This document shows positions 35,725-49,844 of a DNA stretch of 64,000 bases, piece by piece. Where the stretch lies: contig NC_058373.1 of assembly GCF_018350175.1 (NCBI RefSeq), positions 115,942,001 through 116,006,000 of the forward strand, in the 5' to 3' direction. Positions within the stretch are counted from its first letter, which is position 1. Each line of letters begins with the position of its first letter. A program made the position numbers and the translations under genes. The notes under the pieces were generated by a model. The model did not search any database, was not told where the DNA came from, and worked only from the letters and a program-made list of their open reading frames with translations. Origin of the DNA: Felis catus (taxonomy: Eukaryota).

Positions 35725-36420
35725 TTTAATTGTAAATGACAACTCAAAAATAGCTCAAGTATAAAAGGGAATTCATTGGTTCACTGGGGACTACAGACTG
35801 TCTCTGGCATTAAAAACTACCAGATCTGGGGCAGCTGGGTGGCTCAGTCAGTTAAGTGACTGACTCTTGGTTTCAGCTCAGGTCATGATCTCACAGTTTG
35901 TAGGATGAAGACCCGTATGTGGCCCAGCGCTGATACTGTGGAGCCTGCTTAGGATTCTCTGTCTCTCCCTCTCCCCTCTGCCCCTCCCCTGCTCACTCCC
36001 TCTGTCTCTCAAAATAAATAAGTAAACTTAAAATAAACCTACGGGATCCAAGAATTTAATTGATACCACGGGAGCTCTGTCTCTCCTCATATCCTTTTGG
36101 CCTCTGTTCAGTTTCATTGTTGAGGTACTCCTCTAGGGGGTGAGCAAGATGGCCATTGATAGCCTCCACCTCAAATCCTCCCAGCTTAAAGAACTTTTCT
36201 CTCCCAATGCTCGTTTATAAATCTCATGGAAATTTCTGATTGGCTCTATTTGGGTCATGTGCCCCCCCCCCCCAACCAATCACTGCTGGATAGGGTGATG
36301 GAGTAATGTGATTGGCCAAGCCCGGAATAGGTGCTATAGCAAGTGAGGGAGGGGGAAACCTCAGCCATGATTGACAGCTCGCCAGGATCACATGGACTAG
36401 GGGAAGGAAGAATCCCCTAA
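35725..36420 (-). mobile_element. MLT1J/K-like MaLR LTR with an internal SINE
   Basis: aaagggaattcattggttcac...ctgattggctc...gggtcatgtgccc...aaccaatcactg...tgattggccaagcc. Confidence 0.6.
35828..36035 (+). mobile_element. CanSINE
   Basis: ggggcagctgggtggctcagtcagttaag head and A tail. Confidence 0.9.
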
Positions 36421-37851
36421 GGAAGGGATGCTAGCAGATCCAAATAGCTGGTATCATGGCTCCCACTGAGGGCCATAACTGATACTGGAGATGAGAAGGT
36501 TGGGGGGTGCAAAGCGGATTGAGTAGTAGCCGAGGGTAAGGATAGGCAGAGAGGCCTTATTTTTCTAAATAAGGCTAGACTGAACTGGACCCTGGAATTA
36601 TACAGAAGTTTGTTGTTGGGTTGGAGGTGAGTGGACAGATGCGAGATGAGTGAAAATAGGAAGCCTACGTTAGCCCTCATACAGCTAATGCTACCTCTGC
36701 GCAGGAAATGGTTAAAAAACCTCCCACTTTTCCACGGAGGGAGGATTGAAGGTTGAATGTGGATAAAAACTTGTACTGGAAATGCTGTAATTTTCTCAGG
36801 TAAATTGTGAAGTTGAACGCGATTAGAAAAACATCCCCCAAATAGCTTTGGTTTGGTTGGCATGTGACCAAACCCTGAACAGCTGAGATTAGTATAAAAG
36901 AGATTCAAATGCATGTCTTTCGCACATGCTTAAGAAACCGAGCTGAAGGAAGGGGAAAACAGCACACGCCATCTGTTTAGGAGGTGTGCAGGCTCCAGAG
37001 TGAGCTTGGAAAGAAAGGGGGCTTTCGTCTTTTAAGACCAGTAGGCAGGGAGAAGGGCACAGGCTCAGGGAACCAGAAACAAGGTCAGAAGGCAGGGCAG
37101 ACAGAGCGTCTGAGACCCATAAAGCCAGCAGGAGCACGGTGCCTTCTGCTGTGTACCACACCAAGTCCTTTCCATCAAAATAGTTCCACGTACACCTTCT
37201 CTGAGAAACCTCCCCATGTTATCTCAGCAGTAATGAGTTATTCCATTAGTGGTGAGGTCATCCGTAGGATTGCCCGTGCCCAGCACTCGCCTATTAGGAA
37301 TAAAAGGAGAGGTTTTGGTTTGAGTCAAAGGACCTACGGTGGCTCAATCATCTCTCTCCCCTGTGAGGCTCATGAACAAGCAATACATTCAAGAGCCATC
37401 AACGGATGAGAAACCAAAATACGACTTTATGTTCACTTGAATAAATGCTCAGTCTCTTAGTGCAGAGCTCTCTTGTGAAGACAAGGCTGGAGCAAGCAGC
37501 TGACGGGGAGGGCCCACCTGAGCCTCTCCTTCCCCACTACACACCGACCTCTTCCCACCCTCTGCCCTGCCACACGGGACCAGAAACCGCAGCAATAAAA
37601 AGTATGTTTGGCTATGCATCTGAGGAAGAGAAAACAAGATGGCCAGATCCCAAGAGGAGGCCTTGGCTCAGCATGCCTACTCCTGCTGCATGAGCTAGAA
37701 GGAAAGGCTGATGGAGGTTCCTAACCCTGCCCTTGTTAAGTGTGGCCCAATTAATTTCCTGGAATCTGAACGATCCGATGAACAGGTCCTCTCTGGGAGA
37801 AGGCAAAGGCCAGGAGAGAAGGGGAGAGATGAGCCTTCCCTTTTCTCTAAA

Positions 37852-38020
37852 TACTTGCTCCCCGAAATGTGGGCCCTCGACCAGCGGTATCGACATCACC
37901 TAGCAGCTTGTTAGAAATGCACAATCTTGGGCCCTACCCTAGATGAACAGAATGAGGGAACTGCGTTTTAACAAGATCTCCAACGGATTGACATGCACAT
38001 TAAAGTTTGAGAAGTACTGA
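37852..38020. mobile_element. MER5-family element
   Basis: catcacctagcagcttgttagaaatgcacaatctt...ttttaacaagatctcc...gcacattaaagtttgagaagtactg. Confidence 0.75.
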
Positions 38021-38759
38021 GTTTCTGAATCCTAAATTCATGCCCAAACTGTCATTTCAATCTCTGCTTGCTTCCCAAAATAGTGCTCTGCATATGGTCA
38101 ATCGTTAATGAAAGGGTGTTTGAGAAATTCTCTTTGGCATCTATTTAACTCCATGTGAAGGAAGGAGATCACTTCTGAGAAGCCAGCACACATTTACCAA
38201 TGAGTGGCTGGGAGACAGAAGCACACTGAAAACAAGCAAACAGAACAGTTCTAGACATACACACACGGCTCTGCCGAGCAGGACAGATGGGCATAGTAAA
38301 TCTCTCGCTCCATCCCCCCACCCATAATATTCTCTCCCTCACTCATGCTCTCCTTCACCCAAGCTACTATTAAGCTCTTGCGTCAGCTCTGTTTCAGACA
38401 CAGGATAGTACCACGTGGATTACATGTCTCTTGCAGCCCTGTCTTCAAGCTCAAAATCTGAGAACGATATGCTGCACCACTAAGCCAGGACATGGGAGGA
38501 TGACAAAAAGCAAATCGGCACATCAGTGTTTCTCACCTTTACATAGTTGTGACTGTTACGACCCAATTCATATCTTATTTCGGACCCGGGCCTGGATCTC
38601 CACTTGCCTGAGTAGGAAGTTAATGACAAAAACTCAGAGCACCCCACCCCCAATTTCTTCTCTTCGCTGTACCTGATAGAATACCTCATAGTAAAAAGGG
38701 CCAGGGGCTGGCAAATATGTATGGATTAACAAGAGTCTACCATAATTATTAGGGGATCC

Positions 38760-39010
38760 GGGGCGCCTGGGTGGCTCAATTGGTTAAGCGTCTGACTTCC
38801 ACTCAGGTCATGATCTCACGTGAGTTTGAGCCCCGCCCCACGCTCCCCTACCCTCATGGGGCTCTGTGCTGACAGCTCAGAGCCTGGAGCCTGCTTCAGA
38901 TTCTGTGTCTCCCTCTCTTTCTGTTCCTCCCCTGCTCACACTCTGTCTCTGTCTCTCACACTCTGTCTCTCTCTCTCTCAAAAATAAATAAAGATTAAAA
39001 AATTTTTAAA
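38760..39010 (+). mobile_element. CanSINE with an internal C-rich insertion
   Basis: TSD aattat(t/c)aggggatcc at 38744-38759 and 39011-39026. Confidence 0.92.
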
Positions 39011-40229
39011 AATTATCAGGGGATCCAATAATGACAGGATTTAATGACGCATGATTAAATGCACACTTACAATGTACTTCACAACAATTCTGTGAAGGAA
39101 GTAGTATTCATTCCTATTTAACAAGTGAGGGAATTTGACGCTTTCAAATGACAAATAACTTACCCAGAAGCAGCAAAGACAGAAACCCAGCATGCACCTG
39201 AAGTCCAAAGCCTCTCAACCACTACAATAATATGGTATTTCACTTATCAGAAAACAATGCAAACTCACTGAGTGACTAAAGAATTATTTTTCTTCTCTGG
39301 GGCTAATGTGAGTTTTAAATGAGATTAAAGATGTTAACGCACTTGGAAAAGTAAGATACTGTAACATACAAGGTTTAGTTTAATTCAGTATATTAAGATC
39401 CTGCCCAAATAAAAGCCCGCAATACTATACAAATGGCAACTCTGCGTGTAACAAATGTCCACCCTTATGATTCAAGATACCCCAGTCCACTCAATATACA
39501 GTTCTCATTCATCACAGGCTTTAAAAGACTATTTAATCACATACAATTGAACATAAATAGACCAGGAAGCTGTATATAACACTCCCTACCACTCATGTTG
39601 GTTAAAAGAGTACTTTGTACAAATAAGGATGTAGAACACAAAGGGTGGGAATTACACCAAAATATTAGCAGAGTATATCTGGGTGTATGCGTTTCTGGAC
39701 TTTGCGAATCGTCTAGGGCAGTGCTTCTCCCACTCTAATATCTTTGTCCCTTCACGGCAGCCAGTTCCCAGCAGACAGCCGACACTCAGACAGGCTGGAA
39801 GAGCAACCGAAGGAATGGAACCTCCCGAGAAAGGGCACTGTCGATGGAAACTGGAACGCATGCACGCCCAGCCCGATGACCAGCAGTAACAGGTGTTTTC
39901 CATCTCCGATCTGTGATTCATTCTGCACAGCTGCGGGCACACAGAGGTGTCAGCGGCTCCTGGAATACCGCGCCCCACACGCCGAAGTGCACAGGGTTCC
40001 GGGCGCCTGGGCGGCCACAGAGGGAGACACACCTCGGCGACAACCTGGATCCACACAAAAAAGAGGCCCTGCCACCTTAAAAATATTACTGCCTGACTGC
40101 AAAGAACAAGAAGCTCGGTGGCTTGTGCCTACGCCCCTTGCTCCTCGCCGCACCTTCCTTTCTAGTTTTCAAGTAATCTATTGAGGGTGAGTCTGCATGC
40201 GTCTGGTTGCTGGCGGACCCCCTCCCTAA

Positions 40230-41426
<1,197 letters not shown>

Positions 41427-43164
41427 TAGGATTATACCGTCCAAAACTCGTTGTCATCCCGTGTCCCTTCCCCCTCGTCCGTCGTAAATCTCACCTAAAA
41501 ATAACTGGACACACAGAAGGGGACCCAGCTGGCCTGGTGGCGATCGCTGCTGCTACCGCTCACCAGTGGACCTGGGTCCAAATGCGGGAAGTGGCGCCCA
41601 GGGTGGGCACCCGCACCCACCGCATGCCCAGTGGCTGCCCTCCTCGGGTATCATTGGCACCAGAGCTCGCCCTCACCTTGCCCTCAACTGACCGCATCCC
41701 AAAGGCTAAGGTCCTTCCCCAAGTTCCCTTGGCCTCAGTAGCAAAGGGCAGTTTGCCACGAGCCTTCAGCATCTTGAGCAAAATGGATTCCAAAATGCCA
41801 CTTTCTTCTCTCTCAGCTCTGCTGGGGCCCCCGGTTGCCAGGTGAAGAGAGCGATCTCAAAGGGAAGCTAGTTCATGGTTGAGCTTGAGCTGTGTGTAAC
41901 ATCCTCCCTCCCTGTAGCGCTGGTCCTCTCCCCAGCTGGCTGCGGGGCCTGATTTGGAAAAAGGGGACCCTTCTGTTGGGATGAGAAGGCGAGGTATACA
42001 TCCCAGAGTTCACTTTGGGGATTTAGGTCAAAGTCAGACATTTTTAAAAATTTAACTTTGGCACAGGAAAATGTGAAACCTCACAAACAACAACAACAAA
42101 AACAAAAGGAAGAGTCTGGGTCTTTCCAGGGCCTTCCTGTGAGAAGGTGGGAGATGTTGGCAGACGCGATGACCTTATATTTGAAAGGCACTCTCTACTC
42201 CTCTCTCACCCCATTTGATGGGATTTGGGCATGGTCCAGCTCCTCTGGCCAAGTAAAAGGCCATTCCTCCTAGTTCCTAACCCTTGAAGTTGCCTAAAAC
42301 TAGCTCCGGACAGTTGGGGCAGAGTCACTTTGAGAGAGTGACTGGGTGTGGCTGGGGATGGTGGATGTGTCTGGGGTGCAGGCGGTCGGGGCATGAAAAC
42401 AACCTGGCAGTGATTCTGCTCTGTTCCCTTTGAGGTTGCTAGTGCCAGCCTGCCTCTGTCTTCCTGTGATGCCATGTCCAGGGTCATCCCGACCCAGGCA
42501 AAACCCAGCCACTTTATGAATTGTAGTTTGCAAATGTAAAGGATTAATAGACTGCTGGTAGTAGCAGCTGTAAAAATGGTGGTGCTAACAATGATGGCGG
42601 CAGATAAAGTAGTGGTATAGCCAGATGGACTATCTTGGTCCATCATAACGTACAGCTTGATTCTCTTTATTTCCTGTAAGTCTCTGGCATCCTTGTTTCC
42701 GCCTGATGAATAGTTAAAGGGCAGAGTGGCCGTGGGTGGAGGAAGAGGCACTCTGGATCACTAATGCGGCGGTTTCAGAGTGGTAATGGAGTCTTAATAT
42801 TTAGTGTTGTCCATGGGCATTCTAGGCTTGCCCCTCACCCCACGCTTTTGGCTGCTGGCCTGTGGCTAGGACTGCCCATCTCCTACCACAGAAGTGGTTA
42901 CATTTCCATGGTGAAACCAAAGACGTGTCCTGGGTCAGGCGAGCCCAGTCAGGGTGGGGCTCAGGTCCCGCCAGCTCCTCCCCACCCTCCCCACCCCCCC
43001 CCCCACCCACGCCCCAGGCACTTTGGAAAACTTCTGTGGTGGGAGAACGGGGAGTACAGGAGCAGATTTCCCCACTGCTGCCTTCTCCAGCACTCACCAC
43101 TCTTCATATTAATACTTTATTGTGTGCACTGCGCTGGGCACTTCACGCACAATGTGCTTTTTAA

Positions 43165-43392
43165 TTTTTTTTTTTAATGTTTATTTATCTTAGAGAGAGA
43201 GAGGGAGACAGAGAGAGACAGAGCGCGAGTGGAGGAGGGGCAGAGAGAAAGAGAGACCTACAAAATCCGAAGCAGGCGCCAGGCTCTGAGCTATCAGCAC
43301 AGAGTCCTACACGGGGGCTCAAACTCACGGACTACGAGATCATGACCTGAGCCCAAGTCGGACAGCCAACCGGCTGAGCCACCCAGACACTC
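43165..43392 (-). mobile_element. CanSINE (TTC9 intron 1)
   Basis: Flanked by caatg..ctttttaat repeats. Confidence 0.9.
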
Positions 43393-45538
43393 CAATGCAC
43401 TTTTTAATCTTTACACCAACTTGCTAAGAGATTGTAGAGAAACAAAACAAAACAAAACAAAAAACAACCCAAGGTTCCAGAGCCATTCAAGTTCAAAATC
43501 AATGTTCTTGTCATCACACCTTGATGCACAAAGTCAGTGTCTCTAGGCCTCTGTCTCCCTGAATCCAGGGTCAGGTGGGCTTTAGAGCCCTACCCTTGAA
43601 AAATTCTGTTGGGGGATCTGAGCCCTGGTAACCAGGAGGAAGTAGTAATACAGTATCTTAATTCAAAAACCTGATAGGGCTATTTCTAAATATTTTCAAG
43701 TTTTAATGAAAAAGAAAAGAAGAGTAATTACAAGCTGAGCAGTCGTGTCAAAGCCAAAATCTGTATACTGGATAGAAAATTCAGCTGGGAGAGGGGATCC
43801 TGGAAGTCACCTGGAGAGGGAGAAGCCTGATGGTTGGTTTCCTTTGGGATAATGCATTAAATCTGTTACTACGATCTCAGAAATTCTAGCTAATAGGAAA
43901 GTATCCTTTCTTGTCAGATTACAAAAGTAATACGTACCTATAAAGTGTTTTTTTCTTTTAGAAAATACCAAAAAGTTTAAAGAAGAAAATACCAAATTAC
44001 CTTTAATCCCACCACCTAAAGGCATTCCTTGTGATGTATTTTCTCCCTGTGTTTTTTTTTCCTACACATAAACGTAAACTGCTCGCAAAGCAAGGACCTC
44101 CTGTATCTCCTGCTTTTATTTCCACTTACCATTATGCCAGGAACACTGTTACGTTTCATTAAAATCTTGTTGTGAAGATTGTTCGAAATGGGAACATGAA
44201 CATTTTAAGTGTGGGCTTACAATTATCATCGGATGGCAAGGGAAGAAAAGATCACTGTTATTGTTGTCAGTGACACAACAGTGCAGTGTCGCCCATAATG
44301 TACCCTGTCCCCCTCACGCCCGCTAATAGGAAGGAGACAGCAGCTGCACATTCTTTCTGGCAGAAAGGCAACTGACCCTTCCATCTGGGCCACAGTGCCT
44401 GCTGAGTGGCCCAGCCAGCTCCTGGTGGAAGCAGCCTGAAGACGTTCGTGCCCACAAGGATCTGTCCTCCTATGATGTCCTATGGACATCAGCTGTCCAT
44501 AGAGGGAGATGTTTGGGATTTGGAAGGAACTTGGACTAGCCCAGAAGTACCTAGAGGATTAGGCTCTGTTGCCGAGAGCATCTTCGCACCCAATAAAATG
44601 CTGCGGTGAGGCTTCTGGAGAAAACTTAGGTCTGATGAACCCTGGTACTCTTCATGGAAGGCTCTAAGAGAATAACAAGAGGGCAGCTAGAATGTGCTAA
44701 GAAATGCTAGTCTAAAAATCCACTTAGATGACTCGAGGAGGTCGCATGAAGGGTGTGAGAGCAGTTATCAACGTGCCCATAGTTGTGGTCCATTCTGGCT
44801 TGGAGTCCCTCCTGATTAGGAGGGATCTGGCCAGTGCCTCAGGACCCCTGGATTTGATTTTACCTGTCTTATTCTTCAAGGAATTAAAAAAAAAAAAAAA
44901 TGGGAAGCATCCTGTTCTTTCAGAATTTCAAATGACTTTGACACAGTGATTGAAAAGATCTTCTGACCTGCCTGGGGAGATACAGGAATCTAATCCTTAC
45001 CAAAGCTGCCAAGGAAGCCTGTGTTGGCCTGGTGATCGACTCCTGTTGACCTTGAACAAGACACAAGACTCCCCTGGGGCCTTGGAATGTTTTGTGCAGA
45101 ATCTCTTGAAAGGCAGGGCCTTTAGCTCTACATGATTCCTGTGGGGCTGTGGTGGCCCCAGCTGGGGTGTGATCAAAAGGTTGCAACATGTAATGACTTT
45201 GTTGGTATTTTCAAATGATATTCGAGACTCAAATGCCAGTGGTAAAGATGCGTGCCAACAGGCCATGGCATTGGATCTGAAGGCTAGATGAGAGTCAGCT
45301 TGTGCCTCTATCACTGGTATACCCTGGGACTTTGGTTAAGCCCATACCATGTCATTTTACCCATTTTCCCATCGATTTAGAGCTATGTTTCAGAGGGGTT
45401 TTTAATTTTTTTATTTTACCAAAGGGACAGATAATATCCATTGATCCCAACTGAAGCCCCAGGACAGGGGTGTGACAAGGCCTAGAGGAGTCACACTGGG
45501 TAAAGGCCTGGGATGGACGTGCCTTAAAGCCACGGGAC

Positions 45539-46791
45539 CAGAGCTGGCTACATAATTTATGGCGCCTAGTGCAAAATGAAAATGTGGAACTCCTTGTTCC
45601 AGAAGCAGGGAGAAAGTATCATTAAAGGTGTTAAGAGATAAAGCTTTTTTCTTACTTTCAGGATCTGTCTTTCTCTCTCTCTTGACTTGACATGGTGCTT
45701 TTATTTGCTATTTAATGTCACTATAAGAAAGTTGAAATTTTAAATTATTGGCATGAATGTCACTGTTCATCTTTATATTGTGTGATGCTAGTTTTAAGTG
45801 CAAATGTGAAAGCACTTACGTTGTGCGTGAAATCACATAAATTACACAATTCACATTTTGTAGCTTATATAGGCATATGTAGTTTCTTCTTGCTAGAACA
45901 GTGGAGATGCTGACAAAACAAAATCAACTGGCTTTATTTCATTTCTTTGTATGCATTCTTTTTTTTTTTAATGCTTTTTTTCTAAGATTATTATTTTTTC
46001 TTTGGAGAGAGAGAAAACGATCTGGGGAGCGGGGCAGAGGGAGAGGGAGAGAGAACCCTAAGGAGGCTCCGAACTCAGTGGGGAGCCTGACTTGGAGCTT
46101 GATCCCACGACTTTGGGATCCCGACCTGAGCTGAAATCCAGAGTCAGATGCTCAACCGACTGAGCCACCCAGGCACCCCTCTTTATTTATATGCATTCAT
46201 CATGTGTGCACTTTCCACCAAGTTTGGCTTTCTACTGACTAGGGAAAGGAACAGGGACTATTCCCTACTCTTACCCTACTCTTTGCTTCTGTGTCATCAC
46301 TTTCAGCACAAGTGGTTGGCTAGCATCCAGGGAAGTGACATAAGAAAGGATAGGAGGGGACTTGAGGTCATTTGTGCTTCTCACTGCTTTCTTTCTGCAT
46401 GTGTAGCAATTTCTGGGTTGAATGAGAAGCATACCTCTTGGGGCTGTTAGCTGGTCTGCCTGCTGACTTAGTTACATCCCTGACAGTCTTACCTTGTACT
46501 CGAGCTGGGTCTTGATGAACTCTTACGCGCTGTGGGCCCGCTGGAATTCTGTGCTCATGGGGCATCATGACTGCTCTATGCAAGTGGGGCTGCAAAGAAT
46601 GGCTGTGCCTGTCTCCTCTGCTCATGTTTGTGCTTCATTCCCATCGAACTTCACTTATAAAACACAACTCCAAAGATAAAGTTGTTAGGAATTTCCAGGA
46701 AGCAACAGCAGAGCATTAAGCCCAGTGCAGGGCCCTTCTGAGCACAAGTCCTATGTGATTGCGTGAGTCACCCACCCTTGAAACCCCCCTC
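45539..46791 (-). mobile_element. MER45B/C-like hAT-Tip100 DNA transposon, near full length, with an internal SINE
   Basis: Both ends match recalled MER45 termini in reverse: ggctacataattt...agtgcaaaatgaaaatg at the left and gcagagcattaa...gggcccttctgagc...tgtgattgc at the right. About 1.0 kb after removing the SINE. Confidence 0.75.
45959..46180 (-). mobile_element. CanSINE inside MER45
   Basis: Poly(T), ctgagccacccaggcacccc; tatgcattc on both flanks. Confidence 0.85.
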
Positions 46792-47299
46792 AGTGGAATA
46801 CCAGAAGATGACTGACTGGGTGGAAACATTCTAAGGTGGACAAAATTAGATCTAGACTCTGAGGCAGGTTGTAAGACAAAGGGCACTCAACAGAAATTGT
46901 TGTGGAGCCAGAGAACCAAATATAAAGATGGATGGATTACAAATGCAAGAATTCAGTGGTAAAAAGGGAGATGATAAGCTTGAGTCAACGTGTACCTCAG
47001 TAGCCAGAAGATGAGTTTTGGGGTTAAGCATTGGTCAAAGGAAGGGGAAAGAAGAGGGGTTTCATGCTGAGATGCTCAGCCAAGAGCTTGCCATCTGGAC
47101 AGGAGAGCTTGACTGGCCAAGCCATTGCTGGTCCGAAGCTGTTCCTTGGGCAGCATCTTTGCCAATAAATCTTTGCCTGTAAATGTGGCTTCTAAGATTG
47201 TGTTCCAGGAGAAGATGGGAGAATTGAAACTTGTAGGATGCTTTCAAGGAAAGAACGTTCTGAATGTAGACTTTGGGCTGAGTTTCAAGAGTGGATTCT

Positions 47300-47490
47300 G
47301 GGGGCACCCTGGGTGGCTCAGTCGGTTAAGTGTCTGACTTTGGCTCAGGTCATGACCTCATGGTTGGTGAGTTCGAGCCCTGCATCAGGCTCTCTGCTTC
47401 AGATCCTCTGTCCCCCCTCTCTCTGCCCTTCCCCGTGTTCTCTCTCTCTCTTTCAAAAATAAATAAACATTTAAAAAATAAAAATAAAAT
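47300..47490 (+). mobile_element. CanSINE with an internal deletion
   Basis: Head intact; the tgctgacagc..gagcc segment is missing. Confidence 0.88.
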
Positions 47491-48264
47491 AAAGTAGACT
47501 CTGAAGGTCCTTAGTTTACCAGCAAGAGAAATGAGTTGGGTGGCTTTTCGCCGGAAACTCTTTAGGACACTTTAAAATCAAAGTCCCTACAGCAAAAATA
47601 CATGGGAGTGTCCCATCCAAGGCAAGGGGACTCAGCTGCAGTGAGGACAGGAAGGCCAAGATCTGGAGCATCCAAAAGTTGCTCCAGGAGCTTTACAAGT
47701 TGTGAGTGACCTCCAGATGGGCTATTCCTTTCTTACAGCCTATCTCTTTCACCACCAGCCTATGTCTACTCCAAATAGCTCAGATAAAAACGAAGTGTTT
47801 CAACCAACCCGCCATCAACTTCCTGTTTCCCCAGTGACTTTGGGAAGTCAGATGTTCATGTTGGGAACAGAGTTTTCCATTTTCACCAAAATGGTTAGTC
47901 CTGCTCCAACTACATAGCCACAACCTCTAGCACGGACAGTGGTACCAGACATAAAAAAGCCAAAGATAATGCTACAAAAGATGAAAGGAGTTTAGCCTTC
48001 TTGCTGGTATTCACGTGACCTTGAAATCATTCATTAGCAATGTAAAACTCATTCCCTTTCTCTTATAGACATTTTCATGTCAGCAATAAAATGATGCCAA
48101 TGTCTAGTAGGATCCAAACCAACACTTCCCAAATATTTTTGAAAACGAAGCAGGATGTGTAGTGCCAAGGAAGGTTGACTTGAACTAAAAGCATCTCAAG
48201 TTGAAATGTATCCAAGTGGACCTTCCCCTCCCTTTCTGCCAAAAGGACATTCAAAGAGTACTCA

Positions 48265-48428
48265 AGGGACATCTGGGTGGCTTGGTCGGTTAAGCGTCTG
48301 ACTCTTGATCTCCGCTGAGGTCTTGACCTCAGGTTGTGAGTTCAAGCCTGGCGTTGAGCTCCCTGCTGGGTGTGAAGCCTACTATGAATGAATGGATGCA
48401 CAAACGAACGAATGAATGAGTAAATAAA
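48265..48428 (+). mobile_element. Short CanSINE with a (GAAT)n tail
   Basis: gggacatctgggtggcttggtcggttaagcgtctgactcttg. Confidence 0.8.
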
Positions 48429-48807
48429 ATAGCGCTCAAGTTACAGACAAGGTTTACATGGAGGAAGCTCATAGGGCAAATGTTTCCCTTCCATGGTGGT
48501 TCTGTATATAAAGAACAAAAATTGAGAAGTGGTACTAACTAGCTATCTTGAGAGTTATGTAAAATCAGAATTATGATTTTAGATTTGGTTTGGGACCCCA
48601 AACCTTACTTACGTGTGTGGATTCCCTCGTCAGCCTGACCAACCGGGCATCTAGTATAAACTTAGGTACTTCCAACAATAGAGATACTCACCACCACCAC
48701 AAAATAACAACTACAATAATAAAATTTTAGTAACAATCATGGAGCTAAAGACTACCATGACAAGCCCAATTCCTAGCACCAGGTTGATGTTTTAAGAATG
48801 TGTTTGA

Positions 48808-49032
48808 GGGGCGCCCTGGCGGCTCAGTCAGTTAAGTGATCGACTCTTGATTTTGGCTCAAGTCAGGATCTCATGGTAGTGAGATCAAGCCCCGTGGCAG
48901 GCTCTGCACTGGGTGTGGAACCTGCTTGGGATTCTCTCACTCCCTATGCCCCCCCTCACCCCGCTCAAGTGCACACGTGTGCACTCACTCTGTCTGTCTG
49001 TCTGTCTGTCTCTCTCTCAAAAAACAAAAAAA
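48808..49032 (+). mobile_element. CanSINE
   Basis: TSD agaatgtgt(t/a)tga. Confidence 0.88.
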
Positions 49033-49203
49033 GAGAATGTGTATGAAATAAGTGACAATGCTTATTCCAGTAGCTGTCTCATATTAAGGATACAGTAAAT
49101 TCAATCATTCCATTAATATTAATTGAACATTTAATATGTACTAGACCCAGGGCGTGGGGCCTGAGTATACAGGAATAAACATGAAGGACAAGGTCCTCCA
49201 CCT

Positions 49204-49239
<36 letters not shown>

Positions 49240-49242
49240 TGT
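49204..49242. repeat. (TG)n microsatellite
   Basis: Read directly from the sequence. Confidence 0.9.
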
Positions 49243-49627
49243 ATACCACCTACATGTATATAAACATATATAAATTACATATAATTTACACATTTATAAG
49301 TATACTCATATGTTTTTAATATATATATTTTCATTTGATCTGCCTTTGTGAGACAGAAAACTTAAACTTGGAATAGCTACGTCACTTATCTGTGGTCACA
49401 TAGTAGTATGTGGCAAGCTGGGGTTTCTCATCTGCCACTCTGTAATTCCAAAGCCCATAGTCCTAACCGTTCACCTCACAGCCTCCATTTTTAGGAGTTT
49501 CTTCCTTAACTACTAAAATTTGTCTCCTTGAAATCCATCCATATTCTGTCTACCCTTGGAGGCAACATAGACATCTCACATAGACTACATCTCTTCACCT
49601 TTGTAGTAAGGACAAGCCTTGGCATTT

Positions 49628-49844
49628 AAAAAAAATTTTTTTAAACGTTTATTTATTTTTGAGACAGAGAGAGACAGAGCATGAATGGGGGAGGGTCAGA
49701 GAGAGAGGGAGACACAGAATCCGAAGCAGGCTCCGGGCTCTGAGCTGTCAGCACAGAGCCCGACGCGGGGCTCAAACTCACGGACCGTGAGATCATGTCC
49801 TGAGCCGAAGTTGGACGCTTAACCGACTGAGCCACCCCGGCGCC
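49628..49844 (-). mobile_element. Young CanSINE
   Basis: Perfect TSD acaagccttggcattt at 49612-49627 and 49845-49860. Confidence 0.93.
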
